Below are positions 10,219 to 18,735 of a DNA stretch of 64,000 nt, in pieces (position 1 is the first letter of the stretch; every line of letters starts with the position of its first letter). The position numbers were made by a program, and so were the translations under genes. The notes beneath the pieces were generated by a model. The model was not told where the DNA came from. It saw only the letters and a list, made by a program, of their open reading frames with translations, and did no database searches. The DNA is taken from positions 26,860 to 90,859 of the forward strand of contig JAAXHL010000014.1 in NCBI GenBank assembly GCA_012270865.1. The letters run 5' to 3'. This stretch comes from Candidatus Poribacteria bacterium. Lineage in GTDB: Bacteria; Poribacteria; WGA-4E; WGA-3G.

Positions 10219-11205
10219 TCATAGCACCTGTGGAAGTTCTGGGAGCCGGTCATCTACCCATCCCCACTGCAGCTGCCCATTTTCATTCCAGAGTTTCCAC
10301 CCGTCACCCGTTCTGCCGTTTTTGTATGTGCCTTCTGCTGCCTTCTGCCCATTTTGATGCCAGAATGTCCAGGCACCATCCCGTCTACCATCTTTGTATG
10401 TGCCTTCTGCCCATTTCTCTCCATTTTCATGCCAGAATGTCCAGGCACCATCTCTCCAGACATCCTCACCGTCTTGTTTATATGTGCCTTCTGCTACCTG
10501 TTGCCCATTTTCATACCAGAATTTCCAGGCACCATCCCGTCCACCCTCTTTGTATGTGCCGTCTACTTTTTTGTCTCCATTTTCATACCAGAACGTCCAA
10601 CCATCTCGTTCACCGTTTTTGTATGTGCCTGCGGACGATTTCTGCCCGTTTTCTCTATACCAGAACGTCCACATACCATCTGGTTCATCGTCTTTGTATG
10701 TGCCTTCAAACCGTTTCTGCCCGTTTTCATACCATTCTGTCCACATACCATTTCTCTTACCCGTTTTGTATGTGCCTGCGTCCGATTTCTGCCCGTTTTC
10801 ATACCAGAATGTCCACATACCATCTTGTTTACCTTCTGTAAAGGTGCCTTCCTCCGACTTCTGTCCGTTGTCATACCAATTGGTCGCCGGACCATGAAAT
10901 TTACCGTTGCGCACATGGAAAAGTGATCTGATATCTTCTTCCTCATCGTCATAGTACTCTTTAACCCAACCTGTATAAGGCGTTTCCTGATTCGGTTGGT
11001 AAAAAAGTTCTTCACCTTCTGCCCCACGAATCTGCAACTTATCCGCGTCTAATGCTTGGGCAATCAATTGCTCCAGATCCGCTTCGGTAGGGAGCAAAGT
11101 GTCCGCTGGGTTTGCTTCTTCATCAGTAGAGCATCCGAAGAAACAAAAGCACAATACATAGATTAGCGTAAGCGATAGTGCAAAGTTTTTTAACATCAGT
11201 TTCAT
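10219..11205 (-). CDS. MORN-variant (YwqK-like) repeat lipoprotein
   Basis: Lipobox FFGCS follows a signal peptide. About 9 tandem units of the form DGxWTFWYENGQKxxEGTYKxGxx. Confidence 0.8.
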   Translation of the reverse strand: MKLMLKNFALSLTLIYVLCFCFFGCSTDEEANPADTLLPTEADLEQLIAQALDADKLQIRGAEGEELFYQPNQETPYTGWVKEYYDDEEEDIRSLFHVRNGKFHGPATNWYDNGQKSEEGTFTEGKQDGMWTFWYENGQKSDAGTYKTGKRNGMWTEWYENGQKRFEGTYKDDEPDGMWTFWYRENGQKSSAGTYKNGERDGWTFWYENGDKKVDGTYKEGGRDGAWKFWYENGQQVAEGTYKQDGEDVWRDGAWTFWHENGEKWAEGTYKDGRRDGAWTFWHQNGQKAAEGTYKNGRTGDGWKLWNENGQLQWGWVDDRLPELPQVL

Positions 11206-11242
11206 CTTTTTTTATACCTCCGTATGTATAAATCAAATGTTT

Positions 11243-11884
11243 TTAGTAGAGCCAATAATTAAACGAAGCAAAGAGAGATATTCCGTTTAGATGCACATTG
11301 CGAAAACTCGAATCCCAATATGCATTAGGAATCGTTATTCGACTGAACCCGGCTGTGAGTTCAAACGCGTAGTGTCGTCGAAATTCGTTACCGATCCCTA
11401 AGTTAAAGGTCCAAGCGTCAGCTGGCGTGTTACCCCCTGCGAGAATATATTTGCCGAAATTTGCGGCTGTAATTCTTGAAGAAGCAGCCATTCTTGTGTA
11501 TCCGAACTGCACAATGTAATAAATGTCCGAATATTGTTGGCTAGAGAATAGTACACCGAACGCTGGTTGTATTGATAGGAACGGTGATGTGATATAGAAT
11601 CTCATATCTTCTGAAACCGCGTATCCGAGCCGCCACTGTACGCCTCCGGACACATATCTGCTGTTTGAATTGTCAAACTTATCATCTTCATTAAACCGGT
11701 CTGCCAAAATAGACAACCCTGATTGCGTTATTCCGTATTCGGCTGTTCCCCCTAAGAATATGCCGCGCCATCGGTTATCGAGTAGATCGTCTAATGGGTT
11801 TGTATTCTGCTGTGCGGGACTCTGTGTTACAGAAAAAACACAGACCCCTATTGAAACCAAAAGTAGAAAGAATAATTTTTTCAT
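11243..11884 (-). CDS. small outer-membrane beta-barrel protein
   Basis: 213 aa with signal peptide LLLVSIGVCVFSVTQSPA. Beta-strand periodicity and a C-terminal ...SFNYWLY. Confidence 0.55.
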   Translation of the reverse strand: MKKLFFLLLVSIGVCVFSVTQSPAQQNTNPLDDLLDNRWRGIFLGGTAEYGITQSGLSILADRFNEDDKFDNSNSRYVSGGVQWRLGYAVSEDMRFYITSPFLSIQPAFGVLFSSQQYSDIYYIVQFGYTRMAASSRITAANFGKYILAGGNTPADAWTFNLGIGNEFRRHYAFELTAGFSRITIPNAYWDSSFRNVHLNGISLFASFNYWLY

Positions 11885-11996
11885 ATTGTTAACCTGAGCT
11901 TGATAAAAAACGTGAGTTTGATAAAAGTTGGACTTATGTAGCGTTCAGTGTTAATTTGCGCTGTATACGCCACAAACTAACAGTTTGTGCTACGAT

Positions 11997-12110
11997 TCAC
12001 GGTTCTGTGATGCGGAAAATCTGGATTTTCAAGGGTTTGTGTGGACCAGATGCTGAGTCGTCGCCTGATAAAACGGCATGAATCAATTGAACATCGTCGT
12101 CTCTTTCCAT
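11997..12110 (-). pseudogene. 5' fragment of an ECF-type sigma-70 gene
   Basis: GAGGAGG RBS followed by a 37-codon ORF, MERDDDVQLIHAVLSGDDSA.... This is the typical ECF sigma N-terminus up to the point where region 2 should begin. The frame then degenerates and stops. It lies in a 630-bp AT-rich non-coding gap. Confidence 0.45.
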
Positions 12111-12420
12111 GGCGTTCCCTCCTCATGAACAGATTCAGCTGCCTTGACATCCACTGAAATATCTAATTAAGTATTTAGTCTAATAATTTTTAAATTAATT
12201 CCATATAATTATATCGTCTTAATATTATACTAAAGACACTTTTTTTTGTCAAAACGTTACATCATAGAAAAAAATATTTTGTCAGGCAACGATTTACAAC
12301 CGTAGAAGGATCTCCGATTCCGATTCTACCCCACTATTCCCTACAAAAATTCTATTATCGACTTCACTATAAATGCCCATTAGGCAAACCTCTAATCTAC
12401 TCAAGCAGATAATTTTTCTG

Positions 12421-12458
12421 TTAAATAAAAATAAGGCGAGGTCAGAAAACCTCGCCTT
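12421..12458 (-). terminator. rho-independent terminator of CDS 12515-13297
   Basis: The minus strand has a 9-bp stem AAGGCGAGG/CCTCGCCTT (12433-12441 pairing with 12450-12458), followed by TTATTTTTATTT. Confidence 0.7.
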
Positions 12459-12514
12459 ACGGATAACTCAGGGATAAACTTTACTGTTGTTCAGGCTGCG
12501 CTTCCATGGCTAAC

Positions 12515-13297
12515 CTACCATCTACGCGTGAAATTCATTCTACCGGTAAGTCCGGTTTCATCTTCGCCTTTTTCGGTTTCATACCCGACATATAGACCGA
12601 GGGTATTCGCCTTACCATAACCGATGTTCAAACGTGCACCGAAATTTAAAGCCCAAAGTCCGCCATCCTCACCGAGTCCAAGCACAGATTCAAACTGCGG
12701 ACCGATAGCAATAATGTCGTTAATAGCATAAGTAATGTAAGTCCGGTTGTAGAGTTCATTCAGACTTTCGTCATCAAATATGGATTTGACTGTGCCGATT
12801 GTCCAATGGAAACCGAAGATTTTACCGGCAGGTAGGATAGCAAAGATTTGCGGGTATAAGGCATAAGGACCGTCTGGACTGGTATAATTGAACCCGACAC
12901 CGAGCATCGGTGTTAGCAGCAGCGCCATGCTGTCATTCGCGATAACAGGGAATGAAATGCCCATATCAAACTCACCCAAAAACTGGCGCGAACCATCGAT
13001 CGCCGGACTACCGTTCACATAGATATTAGAATCAAATGAAATGCCATCGCTGATCGGATGACTTGCACCAATCAGGAAATAGGTACCGAGACTATCGACA
13101 TCAATCTGGAACCATCCTGTAATATTCGGTTTTTCTTCCATCGGCATTTCTTCTGCCGCTTCGCCTTCCATCTCGTGGGCATCAGCGTAGACGGTAGAGA
13201 AACTGCCAATAGACATCACACAGACGAGAAAGACAATAGCTGCACCTTTGAGAAGATTGTTAAGGGGCTGTGCAGAGCAAACGAGGTAAGTATTCAT
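12515..13297 (-). CDS. secreted porin-like protein, paralogue of 6726-7469
   Basis: Shares VYADAHEME...GWFQIDVDSLGT...GASH...AIGPQFE...GLGEDGG...GARLNIGYG...TLGLYVGYET...GLTGRMNFTRRW with the amt-linked copy. Confidence 0.6.
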   Translation of the reverse strand: MNTYLVCSAQPLNNLLKGAAIVFLVCVMSIGSFSTVYADAHEMEGEAAEEMPMEEKPNITGWFQIDVDSLGTYFLIGASHPISDGISFDSNIYVNGSPAIDGSRQFLGEFDMGISFPVIANDSMALLLTPMLGVGFNYTSPDGPYALYPQIFAILPAGKIFGFHWTIGTVKSIFDDESLNELYNRTYITYAINDIIAIGPQFESVLGLGEDGGLWALNFGARLNIGYGKANTLGLYVGYETEKGEDETGLTGRMNFTRRW

Positions 13298-13414
13298 AAG
13301 AACTAAATCTCCTTTGTTTGGACAAGCGAGAAGCGTCTTGTCCTGTAAGTATTGATGTATCTGAATAGGACTGGAACGATTTTTTCTTAACGCATGATCT
13401 ACAAGTAAAGGTGA

Positions 13415-14098
13415 TTAACCGGCTTGCTCGACCTGCTCCATGAGTTGTACCAATTTTTGTGGGTCTTTAACACCTTTAGAGGCTTCAACACCGGAGCAGA
13501 GGTCTATACCGTGTGGACGGATTGTCTCGATTGCGGCTTTGACGTTCTCTGGACGGATGCCACCGGCGAAAAATACCGGTAACGGACTTTCCGAAATAAG
13601 TTCAGCGGCGATATTCCAATCGCAGGTTTTGCCTGTGCCGCCGTATCTTGGCTTCTCAAGACTCATATCAACGCTATCGAACAATAGAAAATCGGCACCG
13701 GCATCCCGATAGGCTCTCATCTCTGTTCGGATGGCAGGCATATCAACGTTCTCCGGTCTACCTGCCGGCAGATAGACCGACTTCCAGAGTTGACACGTTA
13801 CGGTGCGTTTAAGTGCTTCAACCTGTTGCGGCGGTTCCTGTCCGAGAAGCTGCACAGCAAACGGTTGAACCTGTGATACGATCTCTTGGATATCGGATGT
13901 TGTTCGGTTGTAGAGTAGAATTACGGGAGGGATTGGACTCGATCTTGCGATTTCGGAGGCTTCGGCAGCGGAGCGCGTCCGTTCGGACACAGCGACATCA
14001 ACCAACACACCGATGTAGTCTGCGCCTGCGTCAGCTGCAAGTTGAGCGTCGTGGTTAGAGGTAATGCCGCAGATTTTGACACTGCATTCTTTGGACAT
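13415..14098 (-). CDS. trpF: phosphoribosylanthranilate isomerase
   Basis: N-terminal VKICGIT motif, 227-aa TIM-barrel-sized ORF, ...FFAGGIRPENV... phosphate-binding region. Confidence 0.85.
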   Translation of the reverse strand: MSKECSVKICGITSNHDAQLAADAGADYIGVLVDVAVSERTRSAAEASEIARSSPIPPVILLYNRTTSDIQEIVSQVQPFAVQLLGQEPPQQVEALKRTVTCQLWKSVYLPAGRPENVDMPAIRTEMRAYRDAGADFLLFDSVDMSLEKPRYGGTGKTCDWNIAAELISESPLPVFFAGGIRPENVKAAIETIRPHGIDLCSGVEASKGVKDPQKLVQLMEQVEQAG

Positions 14099-14246
14099 TT
14101 TTTAATTTACCTTGCGGTTAAACGGAGTGGACTGGAACTTTGAGGTTCTTTTCTCAAATCCGCTCTCCATTTCATTACGAGCTACGCGTTTTGGACATTT
14201 TTTAATGATTCCTTGCATAAGATAGGATCGGGATTACAAATCCCTC
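14099..14246. repeat. shared upstream leader cassette (copy 1), including a partial internal re-duplication
   Basis: 14100-14123 and 14157-14183 match 46909-46932 and 46965-46991. The 27-nt core aatccgctctccatttcattacgagct is exact. 14187-14222 repeats the trpF start context (ggacattttttaat..ccttgc). Confidence 0.8.
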
Positions 14247-14606
14247 CTACTCTTCAAAGACGGTTCGTCGGTCAGCGTCCGAATAACAGATAATCATCGT
14301 TACAGGTTGCCAACCGGTGTTGACAGCATTGTGTTTGACGTTCCTCGGAATACGCAACATCATTCCGGGTTTCAGTGGGATGACCTCATCGCCGAGTTTG
14401 TGGTCGCATTCACCTGAGAGTACATAGATGAGTTCCTCACAGTTCGGGTGGTAGTGGGTCGGATTCCCTTCGCCAGCGTTGATGTAGACGACCCCGAAAG
14501 TCATCTCGGCATCCGGGTCAATCTGATCGTTGCAGAGCCATTTAATCGCACCCCACGGAAATTCGAGGGCACCGGCATCGTTACTATTGGTTAAAGTTAT
14601 CTCCAT
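14247..14606 (-). CDS. cupin domain protein
   Basis: Cupin motif GEGNPTHYHPNCEELIYVLSG followed by a second motif, GMMLRIPRNVKHNAVN. Confidence 0.8.
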   Translation of the reverse strand: MEITLTNSNDAGALEFPWGAIKWLCNDQIDPDAEMTFGVVYINAGEGNPTHYHPNCEELIYVLSGECDHKLGDEVIPLKPGMMLRIPRNVKHNAVNTGWQPVTMIICYSDADRRTVFEE

Positions 14607-14631
14607 AATTGTTTCCTTTATCCGTTATTCG

Positions 14632-15471
14632 TCAAAGGGCTTCAAAACAGGTTAAACATTGTCGGGCATAAGTTTGCAACCCATCTTTCGGTTCCTCACG
14701 TAGATAGCCGACAGGTGCGCAAATCGCACGGATATCGTGAATTTGCATATCAACAGTTCGGTGTGTATGTCCGAAGAGGACGTGTGTAACGAGTGGTTCT
14801 TCTAAACAGCATTCACCGAGGCGTTTACTGCCCATGAATGCTCGAAAGAAATCCCACGGCAACTCACGACGGTATCGGATACACTCCCGGAACGGAACGT
14901 GATGCGTAACAACAATGATACGGGATACATCGTTTCGGACGGTGGCGATTTGTGTTTTCAGGTCCATCTCAAACCGTCGGGCAATAGCAGAATCGGTATC
15001 CGACCATTTGGCGTACCGTTTATCGTTCCAGACGGCACCCATCAACGTTTTTTCGGCATATTGGGCATCAGAGAAATCGTAGCCATCCGGTGCGAAACTA
15101 TAATCGTACCAACCGATAGTCCCACAGAAACCGATCTGCTCCTTAATGAACGGCTCATCCATCAACGGATGGAATCCGCATTCACGACAGAGCTTCGAGA
15201 TGATTTCACACTTCTGCTCGCTCGTGACATCTGTCGTTTCCGTTGCCCAGATGTCGTGGTTGCCCGGAACGAATAATTTGTCGCAGGCTAACTCAGCGAG
15301 ATGAAAGGCGTTGAGCGTTTCAGAAAGTTGTACGAGATGTCTTGCGAGATCGCCAGCCAGTACAAAAACGTCAAGTTCTGCCGTCTTCACCGCCTCAATA
15401 AGATGTGGGACGAGTGCTTTATTGTGCGGCGTAACGTCTGTGTGCAAGTCTGAAACGAGTCCGATTTTCAT
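14632..15471 (-). CDS. metallophosphoesterase
   Basis: Motifs GLVSDLH, GDLARH, GNHD, VVTHHVP and GHTH. The ORF-track start at 15483 is a TTG, so ATG 15471 (MKIGLVSDLH) is preferred. Confidence 0.8.
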   Translation of the reverse strand: MKIGLVSDLHTDVTPHNKALVPHLIEAVKTAELDVFVLAGDLARHLVQLSETLNAFHLAELACDKLFVPGNHDIWATETTDVTSEQKCEIISKLCRECGFHPLMDEPFIKEQIGFCGTIGWYDYSFAPDGYDFSDAQYAEKTLMGAVWNDKRYAKWSDTDSAIARRFEMDLKTQIATVRNDVSRIIVVTHHVPFRECIRYRRELPWDFFRAFMGSKRLGECCLEEPLVTHVLFGHTHRTVDMQIHDIRAICAPVGYLREEPKDGLQTYARQCLTCFEAL

Positions 15472-15509
15472 CAAAAGCCACAATCCGTTGCGCGAGTTTT
15501 TCCGGTTGA

Positions 15510-16955
15510 TTACATCGACTTCTGTTCTAAATTTCTGAAGACCTCGTCCAAGAAGATTCGGATACCACTGTCATCATCTGCGGGGTACTGTGCGCGTTGG
15601 CGTTCGAGGGCTTGTCTTGACGGTGTGTCTCCGATCTTAGCGATGGCATCCACAAGTGTGAGTTGAATCGCGGGTTCAGAAGTGTTTTCGAGTGCCTGAA
15701 TTAGACGGTCGCGAGCCTTAGTTCCACCGATGCCACCGAGGGCGGAAGCGGCAATATCCTTCGTACTGGTATCTCCATTTTCAAAAGCAGAGATGAGTGC
15801 GTCAACAGCGGGTTCACCAATCTGGCTAAGTGCCAATCCTGCTTGGAATCGGATCCCCGGAATTTCTGCCGAATTATCGAGAACAGTGACCAGTGCGTCA
15901 ATCGCCGAAACGGGTTTAAGGATTCCGAGCATTGCGAGGCATGCGCGTCGAATTTCCTGTTCCGGTTCGACCGTAATCTGGATATATTTCTGTGCAAGTT
16001 CTGCCAGCTGCCCTTCGTTAATTTTCTGGTAGAGTGCCTCAGACCTATGTCTGAATTGTGTTCCGAAGGGTGCCTCAAGCGTTGCTGTATTCTCGGCTCG
16101 GTCTACGGTAAGCAGTTCGAGGATCGCAGCGGCTTCGAGCTGCTGCGGTTGAAGGCTATCCGCCGGAAGTTGATTTACATTCGCGCTCTGAAATTGTTGG
16201 AAGAGATCATTTAAGACGCTTAATTCGACGAGACGTTGCAGACTACTGACTGACGCTTTCCGGAGTGAGAGTTCTGTGCTATTCTCGAAGATATCGATCA
16301 ACGGTTCAATCGCGCGGACATCCCCTAAATCGCCGAGTGCGCTCACAGCAGCAATTTTCACACCTATCAGCTCAGTGGTTCGGAAAGTAATCTGCTGTTT
16401 AGAGAGTTTCCCGAGGATCTTCTTATAGTCATCAAGGCTATAGATTTTGCGTTCATCAACAACCCTCTCAACAATGTCGCCGACCTGAATATTCGAGTTC
16501 GCGGCAGGCGTGCCGGATTCTATCGTTTTCACCCGTACGGTGCCGCTGCCTTCAACGCTGAATCCGACATTATCTCCTTGTCTACGGAGTGCGATGCGGA
16601 GTGGCGGTTTATCCTTCAGATAAAGCATTAAGTTATTATCTTCGTCCAAACCGGTTTTCATTGCGTTGTTAAAATCGGCAACAGTTTTGATAGGATACTC
16701 AGCGATTACATAAGAGATGAGTTCACCGCTTTCAAGTTGCGCCTTATCCGCGGGTCCGTTCGGTGTGACTTCTGTAACAACGACCCCACTCGTAGACCAA
16801 CGGTTCATGAGATCGCTGTCCAATTTCTGTACCCGCATTTGCAAGCGTTCATCGTAGTACTGGTTGTCGCAACCGATCATAATGATCAGTAGGAAAATGG
16901 ATAAACTAAGTGCCAAACATTGGGATTCGTTGAACCTTTTTATTTTCTGAATCAT
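15510..16955 (-). CDS. PDZ-domain plus HEAT-repeat lipoprotein
   Basis: Lipobox MIGC. Two PDZ-like segments (GVVVTEVTPNGPADKAQL, VKTIESGTPAANSNIQVGDIV). C-terminal PBS-lyase-type HEAT repeats (D.RAIEPLI..., ALG.IG). Confidence 0.65.
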   Translation of the reverse strand: MIQKIKRFNESQCLALSLSIFLLIIMIGCDNQYYDERLQMRVQKLDSDLMNRWSTSGVVVTEVTPNGPADKAQLESGELISYVIAEYPIKTVADFNNAMKTGLDEDNNLMLYLKDKPPLRIALRRQGDNVGFSVEGSGTVRVKTIESGTPAANSNIQVGDIVERVVDERKIYSLDDYKKILGKLSKQQITFRTTELIGVKIAAVSALGDLGDVRAIEPLIDIFENSTELSLRKASVSSLQRLVELSVLNDLFQQFQSANVNQLPADSLQPQQLEAAAILELLTVDRAENTATLEAPFGTQFRHRSEALYQKINEGQLAELAQKYIQITVEPEQEIRRACLAMLGILKPVSAIDALVTVLDNSAEIPGIRFQAGLALSQIGEPAVDALISAFENGDTSTKDIAASALGGIGGTKARDRLIQALENTSEPAIQLTLVDAIAKIGDTPSRQALERQRAQYPADDDSGIRIFLDEVFRNLEQKSM

Positions 16956-17032
16956 GGAGGTTCCCTTTGGTTTATAGCGTCTTTAGGATTACCGATTGTG
17001 ATGTGTGCCGAAAAGTGTGCCTAACTCACGGC

Positions 17033-17917
17033 TCAATTAAGTGGAATGACGACATCTCGATTACTCTGTTCTTTCAAAGCATCTAAGAGAGGTTCAACAA
17101 CCTTTTCGTCGCCGAGTACTGCCAATGTGCGGATAGCATCTACTCGGAGCGAGGACCCCTTATTTTCGACGATTTTGACTAATTCGGGTACGGCGTTGCC
17201 GCCGATTTTTCCGAGAGCCTCTACAGCGAGTTGTCGGACTTCGGGTTCTTCTCGGTCGCGTACGGACCTTGCAGCACCAGATTCGATGAGAGTTGCGAGT
17301 GCCGGAATCGCCGCTTCACTTCCCGCTTCACCGAGTGCTTTCACGGCATTCAATCGGGTCTCTGTCCGCCCATGCTCCAGAAGGTTCACCAAAATCGGTA
17401 CAATCGTGTTGGGGTCGTCCTTACCGAGGTGTCCGAGAACCCAGTGGGCATTGTGCCTATCTCGATTATCGCTCGACTTAATCGCCTTTTGAAGTTGACT
17501 CAGAAGTTGTTTTCGGTCGCCTTGGGTATAGACCCGTTTAAGTGCGTCAAGAGCTGCGTTCTGTATATCTAAGTCGTCATCGCGAAGCGTCTCAAAAACG
17601 AGTCTTTCGAGATACTTCCGTTTTTCTGCTTGATATGCGAGGAACATGTGTTTCCCGCGCTCGGTAACGGCTGCCCCCTCCCAATCCATCGTATTCGGTT
17701 CATAAAATTCTTGGGAGTCGTAAAGTCCGAGCAGATAATGTGCTTCAGCGTTATCAACCTGTTGCTGAATTGCGAGTTTAAATTCTCGGACAGCGCGTTC
17801 CTCTTTACGCCGTTTATCCGATTTGATCAATTCTTTGCCCTTAGCGAGGTTTTCATTCTGTGTGCCGCATCCAACAATAAACAGGACGAGTGTAAGGGCA
17901 ACCCAAACTTTCTTCAT
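17033..17917 (-). CDS. HEAT-repeat lipoprotein
   Basis: MKKVWVALTLVLFIVGC lipobox at ATG 17917. Repeated ...R..A..ALG..G...A.P.L... HEAT-like units. Confidence 0.6.
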   Translation of the reverse strand: MKKVWVALTLVLFIVGCGTQNENLAKGKELIKSDKRRKEERAVREFKLAIQQQVDNAEAHYLLGLYDSQEFYEPNTMDWEGAAVTERGKHMFLAYQAEKRKYLERLVFETLRDDDLDIQNAALDALKRVYTQGDRKQLLSQLQKAIKSSDNRDRHNAHWVLGHLGKDDPNTIVPILVNLLEHGRTETRLNAVKALGEAGSEAAIPALATLIESGAARSVRDREEPEVRQLAVEALGKIGGNAVPELVKIVENKGSSLRVDAIRTLAVLGDEKVVEPLLDALKEQSNRDVVIPLN

Positions 17918-18029
17918 CAAAATCTTCGGGATGGAAACCTCTTCTTTTAAGGCGAGGCGGAAATCCCGCTCCTTGTTTCTTCGCAAAATATGTCAAAAAT
18001 GTTCGTCCGCTAATAGCGGCAAGTCTCTG

Positions 18030-18572
18030 CTAATCTTCAAGAAGTGTCTGCTGTTCACTGCCGGTTTCGACAGCCTGTTCCTCCTGCGTCTCCTCCTCAG
18101 CGTCGGCTTCATCTGTTTCAGGTGCGGCTTCAAGCGTTTTCTGGAGGACAACAAGCGGCTTCTCAGAGAATCCCCAGTCCTTATATCTCTTTATGACACT
18201 CTTTTCGGATGCTGGAAGTTCGATTTCGAGTGTATTCGCACCGTCTTCTGCTGCTGTAGTCTCGGCAGCCGCCATAAGATGATCAGCGACACCTAACTGA
18301 CGGAAGGGACCGGATACAACGAGGTCGCCGACCGTTGAGATTTCAGGATCATTGGCATCTTTTTTGACGAAAATTTGTCCGATAGGGTAGCCACTGACCT
18401 CTGCGACGAGTCGGTGCGTTTGGCTTTCTTTTGCCAAATCCGCTTTTAACGCATCAGCAATCTCTTTCGGGTCTTCTTCCGGAAAACAAAATTGGTGCAA
18501 CGGTGCTGCATCTTTTTGTTGTGCTGGACGTACCTTAACGGCACCAGATAAGTTGAAATCTTGATTTGCCAT
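18030..18572 (-). CDS. GNAT N-acetyltransferase with acidic C-terminal tail
   Basis: Acetyl-CoA site-like FRQLGVADHLM. About 140-aa core plus an E/D-rich tail. Confidence 0.65.
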   Translation of the reverse strand: MANQDFNLSGAVKVRPAQQKDAAPLHQFCFPEEDPKEIADALKADLAKESQTHRLVAEVSGYPIGQIFVKKDANDPEISTVGDLVVSGPFRQLGVADHLMAAAETTAAEDGANTLEIELPASEKSVIKRYKDWGFSEKPLVVLQKTLEAAPETDEADAEEETQEEQAVETGSEQQTLLED

Positions 18573-18735
18573 GTGATTTTTTTCTCCTTTAGTTTTCTCA
18601 GGGTGCCGGTCTGTCTATAGACCGAATGCCAATTTATCTGTCCATCTGGTTCAATACCAATTTAGTGCATCATTGTAATATATATTGTTTTGCATTACAA
18701 GCATTTTTTCGGGGTGTGCTATTTGAACCGTCAAT

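Noticed and set aside
10131-10926. Several long + strand ORFs with striking periodic His/Cys/Pro-rich translations (for example HFHARMSRHH repeats).
   Set aside because: They are antisense or shadow frames of the highly repetitive MORN-variant gene 10219-11205. Their periodicity simply mirrors its 23-aa repeat. They have no RBS and no independent support.
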